DNA of 10,116 nucleotides from Octopus sinensis (taxonomy: Eukaryota), in contig NW_021827603.1 in NCBI RefSeq assembly GCF_006345805.1, positions 1-10,116 of the forward strand, read 5' to 3'. The notes beneath the pieces were generated by a model. The model searched no databases. It was not told the origin of the DNA and worked only from the letters and a program-made list of their open reading frames with translations. Position 1 is the stretch's first letter; each line of letters starts with the position of its first letter. The translations under genes and the position numbers were made by a program. Positions 1 to 9,085 of this stretch are shown one piece after another.

Positions 1-245
1 TAGTTTCTTTGACTCATCATCGAAATATATATTAGCTGTGTCTTTTCTATAATTCCGTGGTCATTGCTCTGATAACCCTCGTGTGTAGTACTTCCATCAA
101 GAGCTTTAAACGTGTAATACGCTTCTCTTCCCAGGCGTACGGTTCCTCTGTTGAGATTCCTGTTAATCATAAGTCCTTTTATATTATTTACATTATTTAC
201 ATTATTTACATTTGACGGATATTTGTCCTCATCTTGTTTGTTGTT

Positions 246-291
246 AACACAACGTTTCGGCTGATATACCCTCCAGCTTTCATCAGGTGTC
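246..291 (-). ncRNA. Minimal type I hammerhead ribozyme motif (family 1, near-intact)
   Basis: The minus strand reads GACAC CUGAUGA A AGCUG GAGGGUAUAU CAGCC GAAA CG UU GUGUU. Stem I is GACAC/GUGUU, the core is CUGAUGA...GAAA, stem II is GCUG/CAGC, stem III is the palindrome AACGUU, and the putative cleavage triplet is GUU. Confidence 0.75.
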
Positions 292-340
292 TTGGGGTAA
301 TTTCGAACCTAGGTTCTCATTCCTAAGGTACTTTTACGAG

Positions 341-816
<476 letters not shown>

Positions 817-860
817 CAGGTCACTGCATGGAATCGAAATCGAACCACTACGCCATATGC

Positions 861-1112
861 CCACGGCTACTAACCTCAAGATTCCGAGTTCGATTCGAGA
901 CAGTACCTGAGTAATAATAATAATAATAATAAAAACAAATAATAATAATAGTAAAGTAACAATAAGAACTGAAAACCCATAGGAATGAGATCCCAGGTGT
1001 GAAATTTCCCCAAGACACCTGTGGAGAAGTGGATGGGTATATCAGCAGAAACGTTGTGTTAACAACAACAAGAATGAGAACATCCGTCAAATGTAAATAA
1101 TGTAAATAATGT
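861..1112 (+). mobile_element. Copy 2 of the head/(AAT)n/hammerhead element, head-to-head with copy 1
   Basis: GAGTTCGATTC (B-box-like), CAGTACCTG (901-909), (AAT)n 911-965, then AGGAATGAGA...CCCCAAGACAC...GAAACGTTGTGTTAACAAC...ATCCGTCAAATGTAAATAATGTAAATAATGT. It is roughly 80-85% similar by eye to the reverse complement of 182-330. Confidence 0.65.
1014..1060 (+). ncRNA. Degenerate hammerhead motif (family 1, core mutated)
   Basis: GACAC CUGUGGA GAAGUG GAUGGGUAUAU CAGCA GAAA CGUU GUGUU. Stem I and the AACGUU palindrome are retained, but CUGAUGA has become CUGUGGA and stem II is weakened, so it is probably inactive. Confidence 0.55.
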
Positions 1113-1714
1113 ACTTAATTCCTCATCTCTTAAATATAGAACTGTATTATAAGTCTTTTTATTCCTATAGTTTCATCATTGATTTATTTTCCTATGGTCC
1201 CTGATATTCAGTCATTGAAACTTTCTATCAGCTGACAACTTTTCTAATTTGCAGACCTCTTGTTTTCATTCTTTGTACACCCTTACGCAATATAGCGTCA
1301 AACCATTCTTAGGGACGAAATCATCAAAACAAAAGCAAAAAAAAAGAAAAAAAGAAAAAGAGGGGAAAGTAATACCTACCTTACCTCTGACGCCACCACT
1401 AAAAGCTATTTCGCTCCTTATTTGAGTTACTTCCCTTGATGTGACACAAAACGTAGGTAGGAACTTACTTTTGTACTAATACATAGAAGCCATTTAATAG
1501 ATTATGGTACTGAAACACATTATTTGACCAGGCTTTTCTGAATTTGCAGGCCTCTTCTTTTAGCTCTTTGTAGACTAAACAATTCAAACCTACAGATATA
1601 ACGGACACAGACCCAGGGAAAAACAAAAAACGCACAAACTACACATATATGGCATCAACCAATGACACTCTATTTATACAATGTATGAAACGGCCATAAA
1701 ACATCAAAGAACAT

Positions 1715-1887
1715 AATATATATATACATATATAATGTGTATGTATATATCAATACATATACACCAAGAATATACATATACACACATATGTATATATATA
1801 TATATATATATACATACATTTATGTATTCATATATATATATATATATAATATATGTGTGTGTGTGTGTGTGTATGTATATGTTTATA

Positions 1888-1928
<41 letters not shown>

Positions 1929-2005
1929 TGTGCGTATGAGTATATATTTGTCCATACATGCATATATACAAACAGATACAAACACATACATACGTACCCA
2001 TATAT
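1715..2005. repeat. Compound (TA)n/(TG)n/(TACA)n microsatellite
   Basis: Directly visible; it explains the I/Y/V/C-rich ORFs at 1704-2015. Confidence 0.97.
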
Positions 2006-2269
2006 CATAACGTAAACTAACAATAAGATTGCATTACAAAAAAATAACTCCTCTACAATTAAAAGACGGAACTGTCTTATCAGCACAAAACCACAAGCAT
2101 TTCTGTCCAAAAATGTAATATACAAATTTCATATTAGACATGAAAGCGGTTAGTTACCAAAGACACAAATACAACCGGTTCCCGATGCTGGTTCACCATA
2201 TGTATATACAATGATGGGTCAGTGCAGTACATTACAGGAGAAAACACAAAACCATTACTGTATATACTG

Positions 2270-2365
2270 TGCGTACGTGTATGTATGTATGTTGTGTATG
2301 TATATATACACATACATATACACACATATATATATATGTATATATATACACCATACATACATATA
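2270..2365. repeat. (TA)/(CA)/(TATG) low-complexity tract
   Basis: Directly visible immediately upstream of the SINE head. Confidence 0.9.
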
Positions 2366-2755
2366 GGCGCAGGAGTGGCTGTGTGGTAAGTAGCTTGCTT
2401 ACCAACCACATGGTTCCGGGTTCAGTCCCACTGCGTGGCACCTTGGGCAAGTGTCTTCTACTATAGCCTCAGGCCGACCAAAGCCTTGTGAGTGGATTTG
2501 GTAGACGGAAACTGAAAGAAGCCCGTCGTATATATGTATATATATATGTATGTGTGTTTTGTTTCTGTGTCCCCCTAGCATTGCTTGACAACTGGTGCTA
2601 GTGTGTTTAAGTCCCCGTCACTTAGCGGTTCGGCAAAAGAGACCAAAAGAATAACTACTGGGCTTACAAAGAATAAGTCCCGGGGTCGATTTGCTCGACT
2701 AAAGGCGGTGCTCCAGCATGGCCGCAGTCAAATGACTGAAACAAGTAAAAGAATA
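2366..2755 (+). mobile_element. Apparently full-length tRNA-derived SINE with CORE-like central block and internal microsatellite
   Basis: GGCGCAGGAG start, A box TGGCTGTGTGGT (2376-2387), B box GGTTCAGTCCC (2419-2429), CORE-like GGCACCTTGGGCAAGTGTCTT, internal (TA/TG)n at ~2529-2570, and a 3' end GGCGGTGCTCCAGCATGGCCGCAGTC-AATGACTGAAACAAGTAAAAGAATA that recurs at ~4029-4083. Confidence 0.85.
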
Positions 2756-2842
2756 TATGTATATTTGTATGTACATGTGTGTATATATACGTATGTATAT
2801 GTGTGTACATATATATGATTGTATATATATATATATATATAT
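2756..2842. repeat. (TA)/(TG) microsatellite after the SINE tail
   Basis: Directly visible. Confidence 0.9.
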
Positions 2843-3003
2843 AAAATGAGAATGGAGGAATAAATTTCTTTCAATCATCAACTTCCAGATAATACCAATT
2901 CATATAATTTATTAACTAATTATTTATATTAATAAATTATATGAATTGGTATTATCTGGAAGTTGATGATTGAAAGAAATCTATTCCTCCATTTTCTTAT
3001 TTT
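2843..3003. repeat. Near-perfect palindrome (~73-75 bp arms, 13-nt spacer)
   Basis: 2843-2915 is the reverse complement of 2929-3003 with about two substitutions and a 2-nt indel. The spacer is CTAATTATTTATA (2916-2928). Confidence 0.92.
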
Positions 3004-3159
3004 GTATTATGAATTTGAGGTAAAACATTTTACCGTCGCCCATACAATACAATGAATTAAATAATTGCATTCCAATTCTTAACATTTATGTATTAGCCTT
3101 CTGGGTACTTTACTGACAGTATATTGGATAAATGATATTCCATAGTGGGTTACACACAT

Positions 3160-3362
3160 AACCCTGTGTGTACCGTTGGCAAATTTTTTCCCTCTGTCTT
3201 CCCTTCTCTGGATCTTTCCTTCTCCTATGTTTCCGACGAAGAGCTCCGCTCGAAAAGTTAAACCCTCCTTCTTTCCTTCTTTCCTGAGCGTCCAATAATA
3301 CTATATTTGTTCCACGTCCTCGCGTTGTTGCGTTTTTTTGTGCTTTCTTGTTTGGATTAACT
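3160..3362 (+). mobile_element. Penelope-like pseudo-LTR/retrozyme-like repeat, hammerhead family 2, copy 1
   Basis: A pyrimidine-rich ~200-bp unit (TGTGTGTACCGTTG...CCTATGTTTCCGACGAAG...CTGAGCGTCCAAT...TTTGGATTA) that recurs inverted at 8403-8600. Both copies run into (TA)n at their 3' end. Confidence 0.7.
3229..3263 (+). ncRNA. Variant minimal hammerhead-like motif (family 2, CCGACGA core)
   Basis: GUUU CCGACGA A GAGC UCC GCUC GAAA AG UU AAAC. Stem I is GUUU/AAAC and stem II is GAGC/GCUC. The core has C in place of U4, and the stem III palindrome is mutated (AAAGUU versus AACGUU in copy 2). Confidence 0.55.
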
Positions 3363-3472
3363 TTATATATATATATATAATTATATAATATATATAATAT
3401 TATATATTATATATATATATATATATATTATGTATATATATATATATATATATTATAATAATAATAAATATT
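3363..3472. repeat. (TA)n/(TAA)n microsatellite
   Basis: Directly visible between two hammerhead-bearing repeats. Confidence 0.95.
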
Positions 3473-3644
3473 AGGGAATAAATCCAAATTACAGGGAAAA
3501 ATCAGATTTAGGTTGAATCCAATTTTATAGTAAAATATAATATAATATTAATTAGAGACAAAACCACTATTATGCAAATCAAACGAAGAAAGACTTAATC
3601 CAATACATAAATTTTTTTATATAAATTAAATATAATTAAGATAT

Positions 3645-3690
3645 CCACTACGATCGTTTCTTGACACTTCTATTGACATTCATCAGGTGG
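3645..3690 (-). ncRNA. Type I hammerhead motif (family 3, left arm)
   Basis: The minus strand reads CCAC CUGAUGA A UGUCA AUAGAAG UGUCA A GAAA CGAUCG UA GUGG. Stem I is CCAC/GUGG, stem III is the perfect palindrome ACGAUCGU, the cleavage triplet is GUA, and stem II has one mismatch. Confidence 0.75.
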
Positions 3691-3725
3691 TTTCAAGACC
3701 TTCTTTGCCAGTTTTAAACTTGAAA

Positions 3726-3771
3726 CCACCTGATGAATGTCAATAGAAGTGACAAGAAACGATCATAGTGG
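3726..3771 (+). ncRNA. Type I hammerhead motif (family 3, right arm)
   Basis: CCAC CUGAUGA A UGUCA AUAGAAG UGACA A GAAA CGAUCA UA GUGG. Stem I is CCAC/GUGG, stem II is a perfect UGUCA/UGACA, and stem III has one substitution (CGAUCA). Confidence 0.75.
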
Positions 3772-3864
3772 ATATGTTAATTATATTTAATTTATATAAA
3801 ATTTTTTATGTATTGGATTAAGTCTTTCTTTGTTTGATTTGCATAATAGTGGTTTTGTCTCTAA

Positions 3865-3876
<12 letters not shown>

Positions 3877-3902
<26 letters not shown>

Positions 3903-3915
3903 ATATAATATATAT
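3877..3915. repeat. (TA)n microsatellite
   Basis: Directly visible, truncating the right arm of the fold-back. Confidence 0.9.
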
Positions 3916-3986
3916 CGGTGTGTTCGCGTTGCCATAATACAGCTTTTCGGTAAAACTTAGAAAAATTAGCAGGTTTTAAAAAGGAT

Positions 3987-4083
3987 AAAATACCGGAGTC
4001 GTTTTTCATTCGACTAAAAATTCTTGAAGGCGGTGCTCCAGCATGGTCTAAGTCTAATGACTGAAGCAAGTAGCAAATAAGAG
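3987..4083 (+). mobile_element. 5'-truncated 3' fragment of the SINE family at 2366-2755
   Basis: TCGACTAAAAATTCTTGAAGGCGGTGCTCCAGCATGG...AATGACTGAAGCAAGTA matches the tail at ~2695-2750. Confidence 0.75.
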
Positions 4084-4612
4084 ATAAGATATCGCGCGCA
4101 CACACACAGACACACGTTTGTATGTATATAAACGGGAACGAACTGTCCCGCCTGCTTATTCCCTCATTCTAAGACAATACGTCCAATGGTAAGATAAAGG
4201 GAAGAGGACTGACCCTGTTTGAGAATACAAGAGATTGCCAAAGTGGCTGAAGAGGTTCCTAGATCTCGCAGTACTCAGGAAGTTGGTATATAGTCAAAGC
4301 CGTAAAATATTACAGTAGATCCGGTATATGTAGCAGAAGCACTGTTAAATAACAATAGGCATCAGTGTGTCATACGTTATGCGATTACATCATGGAATGG
4401 TAAATTTAACTGCAGTATTCGGCAGATAATATTTTCAATGGACGTACTGTGTTTAAAAACTCAAAATATATATCAGTAGCAGACAGCGCCATGTCAGCTG
4501 TAGTATATATGCAAATTTCTTCTCATAGAGGCAGAAATGCACCCCTAACATTCCCACCGCCGTTACTGGTCGGTTTCCCTCTACTATTGATATATTGTTT
4601 GTTTTTAAATGC

Positions 4613-4954
4613 AGTAAAGGTAAAATTAAAGACCCTTTTCGGTCACGAATGACCATGGGATTGCACCTAGGAAGTTCCCCTCCGAAGCAAGATTATTTGC
4701 GGAAGACGACCCGATGCTCATGCATACCAATCTCACCTCTCCACGCCACCGATGAGGTCCAAGGGAAAGACAAAGGGGCCGATGCAGCTTGGCACCAGTG
4801 ACGTCGCAACTTGCTTCTGCAGCTGAGTGAACTGGAGCAACGTGAAATAAAGTGTTTTGCTCCAGAACACAGCACATAGCCCCGTCCGGAAATCGAACTT
4901 ACTACCTCATGATTATAAACCCGATGCTCTAGATACTGAGCTACGCGATTTCAC
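4613..4954 (-). mobile_element. tRNA-derived SINE with CORE-like block
   Basis: Minus-strand A-box-like TAGCTCAGTATC (4932-4943) and B-box-like AGTTCGATTTCC (4887-4898). These are followed by TGTGTTCTGGAGCAAAACACTTTATTTCACGTTGCTCCAGTTCACTCAGCTG, a block shared with the SINE at 7638-7939, and a short TACCTTTAC-type tail. Confidence 0.8.
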
Positions 4955-4976
4955 AAATACAGTAAGACCATAAGTA

Positions 4977-5183
4977 ATATTGGTTTCAGATTTTGGTGCA
5001 AAGCCAGCAATTTCAGAGGCGGGAGTAAATCGATTTATATCGACTAATAATTATTTTATCGACTCCCAAAGGGATAAAAAGTAAAGTTAACCTCGCAGGA
5101 ATTTGAACTCAACGTAAAGACGAAAGAAACGTCGCTAAGTATTTTGCGCGGGGTGCTTAACGATCCTGCCAGCTCGCCGCTTA
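4977..5183 (-). mobile_element. Diverged monomer of the SINE family forming the array at 9201-10079
   Basis: The minus strand reads AAGCGGCGAGCTGGCAGGATCGTTAAGCAC...TACGTTGAGTTCAAATTCCTGCGAGGTTAACTTTACTTTTTATCCCTTTGGGAGTCGATAAAAT, homologous to the head and core at 9960-10078. Confidence 0.82.
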
Positions 5184-5400
5184 ATATTAATAAATATTAA
5201 CTCCGGACGAGTACTGCCCCTAATTCCCTTTTTCGTCATATAATCTGTATTACGTATGATTTATTAGTCTTGTATCATGGCGTCTAACCCACTACGGAAG
5301 CTTGTTACCTTACGCACATGCTATCCATGTTGACTTATTACAGCCAACATCGAAGCTGTGAACTTGAAGTTTACTTATATGCTTCATTTAGATAGAATGC

Positions 5401-5840
5401 GGATTTTTTCCGTTTGAACGGCAGTTTTTAACATAATTTCTAGGTAACTAAAAAATTTAAAACTTCGTATACTGGTAGAATGTGTTTATAAAACATCATT
5501 TCTCTTGGCTTATTGAGAAAAATTCTATAGTTTGTAAAGATATTTGTTTTTTTCTTCAATTTCTGCAATTTCAACCAATCACTGACGTCCATTGAGGTAA
5601 ACAACATTCTATGCCGTATGAATATGTCCCTCGTTTAAGAAGCAGATTGGGTTTATTTACATTTGTGAAGAAAAAATGATACCCTTCCCCCACCCCTAAC
5701 CCTAACCCTAACTAACCCTACCCCTAACCCTGACCCTAAAATAGATTGAAATGCAATAGATCGATACTAGGGTCATAATTATGGGCGACAATTTCATATG
5801 ACACCTCTAGAAAAAACTGCCGTTCAAACCGAAAAGATCC
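5401..5840. mobile_element. MITE (non-autonomous DNA transposon), ~30-bp TIRs, 8-bp TSD, Merlin-like by its GG termini
   Basis: The left TIR is GGATTTTTTCCGTTTGAACGGCAGTTTTT (from 5401). The right TIR in reverse complement is GGATCTTTTCGGTTTGAACGGCAGTTTTTT (5811-5840). TAGAATGC is duplicated exactly at 5393-5400 and 5841-5848. The superfamily assignment is inference from the 8-bp TSD and 5'-GG ends. Confidence 0.9.
5694..5739. repeat. Interstitial telomere-like (CCCTAA)n tract inside the MITE
   Basis: CCCTAA x3, CTAA, CCCTAC, CCCTAA, CCCTGA, CCCTAA, preceded by a C-rich run at 5682-5693. Confidence 0.9.
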
Positions 5841-6039
5841 TAGAATGCAAACATGGTATTCACCCTTCTAGATCTAGTATTGAGTACATCAATCATTGTC
5901 TTGTATATCATAAGACAGTAGTTATTTGACATATTCTGGACTCTGAGGAGAAAGCAGAACTCAGCTTCAGAACAACTGTGTTTCATTTATAGATTTCTTT
6001 CACATACAAACACACAACACTGTCTGTATGTCTGTCTTT

Positions 6040-6222
6040 CTCTTCTCTCTCCTCTCCTCTCTCTCTCTCTCTCTCTGTTTCTCTGTTTTTATGCATATAT
6101 ATATATACATATGCATATATATATATATATACATATGCATATACACGTGAGTCTATGTTTGTTTGTTTGTGTATGTGTGGTGTGTGTGTGTGTGTGCGTA
6201 CGTGTGCATGTGTGTGTGTGTC
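6040..6222. repeat. Compound (CT)n/(TA)n/(TG)n microsatellite
   Basis: Directly visible. Confidence 0.95.
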
Positions 6223-6324
6223 CGTGAACCTGTATTTAACCATATGTTAAGGAGTAGTTTCGGTAAGACGTGGGTATGTCCGTGCATACATGTAAGCATC
6301 TATATTTGCTTAATGTACGTACAT

Positions 6325-6765
6325 GCGTATGTATGTATGATGTATGTATGTATGTATGTATGTATGTATGTATGTATAATATAGTATATATATATTATAT
6401 ATATAATATACATATATATATCTACATATGTATATATATTATAATATATCTATATATATCTCTATATATCTATATATGTATAAATATGTGTGTGTGTGTG
6501 CATATATTTATATATATGTATGCATATATATATATATATATATATAATATATGATTATATTGTGTGTGGTGTGTATGGCATAATGTATGCAAGCATGTGC
6601 CCTTGTATGTACATACATATGTATATATATATAATATAATATATATATATATATTATATATATCTATATATATATACTTGCATGAACGTATATATCTATA
6701 TATGTATGTGTATAGGTACGCATGTAAGTAATTTATTATGGAGTTGTAATATATATATTTATGAG
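6325..6765. repeat. Compound (TATG)n/(TA)n/(TG)n low-complexity tract
   Basis: Directly visible; it explains the ORFs at 6163-6793. Confidence 0.95.
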
Positions 6766-7224
6766 TTGTATTCGTTTTCGCTGTCGTTCTCAACAGCTCT
6801 TGTTTTCCTCACTCGCAGAACTTAACGAGTTCAGTATGAAGTGATGAAATACCAAACATTCTTTTAAAGCGTTGACCACGTTACTGCGACTTTTAGAAAA
6901 CCCATTGTGGTTTTACTAGAGTGCTTCAAGGTTTGTTGTACTGTATATGTAAGTATGGTGAAAAGAAAAAAAAGATTAAAGAGTGGAGAGTGGGGAGTAT
7001 TTCTGAATGATTTATGATTTATGACATCCAGTAGAAAAGAAATGATTACTCTGCGCTTTTCTTCTCTTTCTGGATTCAGTCCCAGTTCAGCTAGTGGGTC
7101 AATGCATTTAATCTAAGTTATACACGACCGCTTGATTGTTTAGATATAACAGAATAATCTCCCTCAATTCTTACCCCACCCATTATTACGTTTTTTAGAA
7201 AAACCACAAAATTTAATCACAAGG

Positions 7225-7360
7225 CCAATTTTTTTATGAAGGGATGTTAATCGATGACATTGACCCCAATACGGTAATCTTACTTTATTTTATCAGCCAA
7301 ATAATGGAGCCGATGTAAACCCCTGCCCTCAAAACTTCTGGTCTTGTACCCTAATTAGAA
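7225..7360. mobile_element. Highly degenerate SINE remnants
   Basis: AATCGATGACATTGACCCCAATAC...TTTATTTTATC and CCCCTGCCCTCAAAACTTCTGGTCTTGTACC weakly resemble the core and tail of the 9201-10079 family. Confidence 0.35.
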
Positions 7361-7637
7361 GCACTATTATTCCATTATAGCACTGGATGTACACTTGTAA
7401 ATATAAACGATGCGGGTTAATACGATATTTGAAAATTCAATTAAATGTTTATGTGGTCATTGTTTTCACACGTAACCAATCTAACATTGTGAACAGCCAA
7501 CGGAGCATGTAAGACTGGATACCATGCTCAAATGTTAACGTATTAAGCTTCATACGAACTGATTATATTTTCGATTATTTGCAGCGTATAATTATTGCCT
7601 CATTTTATACGCCTGTTTGCATGATATGTATTAAACC

Positions 7638-7939
7638 GGAACTCCATCGGTTACGAAGACGTGGGTTCCAGTTTATCCAATCGAGGGAAACTAACTCCTC
7701 GTGAAATTATCGTGCAAGTGGCTGAGTACTTCACAGATTTGCATACTCTTGACGTAGCTCTCAGGGAGATTCAGCGAGACACAAAATGGCACAAGGCTGG
7801 CCATTTGAAATACAGGTACTACTCATTTTTGCCAGCTGAGTGGATTGGAGTAACGCAGTACAAAGATACTTGCTCAAGGACACTTCGCGCCGTCATGCCA
7901 CCGTGAGCCGAATATTCGTAACCAATAAGCCACGCGCCT
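7638..7939 (-). mobile_element. tRNA-derived SINE with CORE-like block, B-box region apparently deleted
   Basis: The minus strand has the head GGCGCGTGGCTTATTGGTT (A-box-like), then GTGTCCTTGAGCAAG...CCACTCAGCTGGCAAAAATGAG (shared with 4613-4954), ending ACTGGAACCCACGTCTTCGTAACCGATGGAGTTCC. The ORF at 7661-7906 is its antisense reading. Confidence 0.8.
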
Positions 7940-8323
7940 TCATATGACATGCATAATAGCGTCAGTATGTCACCGAGTCTTTGAAACAGCTGTAAAGATG
8001 TATTTCTATTTTGTAATATGAATATAAGTAACGTTTCATAAAAAATGTTTTCGTTCCATCAGTAATTATTTGTGCATCTTTTATCCATATATTAATCGCT
8101 CAAGTTATGTATTTCTTTTCACCAACTCTTATTCTGTTGGGCTATTTTTTAGTCTCATAAAGTATTTGGGATTTAAGAATCTGTTCAGTCTAAGCACTAT
8201 TGCAATGCGTATCTATTCTACGCTTATACTAGCGTTTTCTCACTCCCCCCACACACAGATGGATAAATGGACAAATAGATAGATAGGTAGATAGATAGAC
8301 AGTCAGACTGACATAATAGATAG

Positions 8324-8324
<1 letters not shown>

Positions 8325-8398
<74 letters not shown>
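8325..8398. repeat. Perfect (TA)37 microsatellite
   Basis: An uninterrupted TA run, preceded by GATA-type repeats at ~8270-8305. Confidence 0.97.
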
Positions 8399-8402
<4 letters not shown>

Positions 8403-8404
<2 letters not shown>

Positions 8405-8600
8405 TAATCCAAACATGAAAACAAAAAGAGAAAAACACACAACGGAGGACGTGGAACAAATATAGTATATTGGACGCTCAGGAAGGAAGGAAGAAGGAGG
8501 GTTGAACGTTTCGAGTGGAGCACTTCGTCGGAAACATAGGAAAAGGAAAGATCCAAAGAAGGGAAGACGGAGGAAAAAATTCGTCAACGGTACACACGCG
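8403..8600 (-). mobile_element. Penelope-like pseudo-LTR/retrozyme-like repeat, hammerhead family 2, copy 2, embedded in (TA)n
   Basis: Its reverse complement aligns along its length with 3160-3362, and it has (TA)n on both sides. Confidence 0.72.
8501..8535 (-). ncRNA. Variant minimal hammerhead-like motif (family 2, copy 2)
   Basis: The minus strand reads GUUU CCGACGA A GUGC UCC ACUC GAAA CG UU CAAC. It has the same CCGACGA core and an intact AACGUU palindrome, but stems I and II carry mismatches. Confidence 0.5.
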
Positions 8601-8612
8601 GTTGACATTTTG

Positions 8613-8644
8613 ATATATATATATATTATATATATATATATATA

Positions 8645-8732
<88 letters not shown>

Positions 8733-8850
8733 TAGAGAGATTGGTAGATAGATAAATAGACAGATATATAGACAGATAGATAGATAGATAGAGAGATAGA
8801 TAGATAGATAGATAGACAGATAGATAGAGAGATAGATAGATAGATAGATA
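8613..8850. repeat. Compound (TA)n-(GA)n-(GATA)n microsatellite
   Basis: Directly visible; it explains the ORFs at 8324-8893 and 8626-8877. Confidence 0.97.
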
Positions 8851-9085
8851 AACCTCGCTCGGTTTCTTGGTTTGCACGGTTTCCCTTTAGCACAGTTTTG
8901 ACTTATTCTAAATTTTCCTTTTTCCTTTATATTTATTCAAACAGAAACACGACCGGTTCGTTTCCGTTTCGGCCTTTCCTGTTTCTTTCACGTGACTTCC
9001 GTTTCCCTTCTTCGACATTGAGTTAGGTCACATGATAAACTGAAGTTTAAGTTAGAAGGTTTAAGTTTATTATGCTGCTTGTATA

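Larger units (their letters stand above)
3540..3876. repeat. Fold-back of two 158-bp hammerhead-bearing arms (family 3) with a 21-nt spacer
   Basis: 3540-3697 is the reverse complement of 3719-3876, with about 7 mismatches by manual count. The spacer is ACCTTCTTTGCCAGTTTTAAA (3698-3718). It is flanked by TA-rich tracts. Confidence 0.93.

Noticed and set aside
1-180. Stop-free minus-strand frame (…NLNRGTVRLGREAYYTFKALDG…) running off the window edge
   Set aside because: It is short, I recognise no motif, and it has no convincing splice acceptor. It cannot be judged without the upstream sequence.
2366-2440. tRNA gene-like A/B boxes here and at 4887-4943 and 845-895
   Set aside because: There is no complete cloverleaf, and each continues into repeat body, so these are SINE heads rather than tRNA genes.
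4748-4775. CCGATGA…GAAA resembling a hammerhead core
   Set aside because: No stem II or stem I pairing can be drawn, and it lies antisense in a SINE body, so it is probably chance.
4595-4877. Three overlapping short ORFs
   Set aside because: They all fall within the SINE at 4613-4954.
5694-5739. True telomere or chromosome fusion site
   Set aside because: The tract is short, degenerate, single-orientation and enclosed within a TIR/TSD-bounded element.
6819-6948. Possible exon between TTGTTTTCCTCACTCGCAG and GTAAGT
   Set aside because: All three frames contain early stops. Splice-like motifs alone are insufficient, though a non-coding exon is not excluded.
7661-7906. 81-aa ORF with normal-looking composition
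   Set aside because: It lies wholly antisense within the SINE at 7638-7939 and starts at GTG; no domain is recognised.
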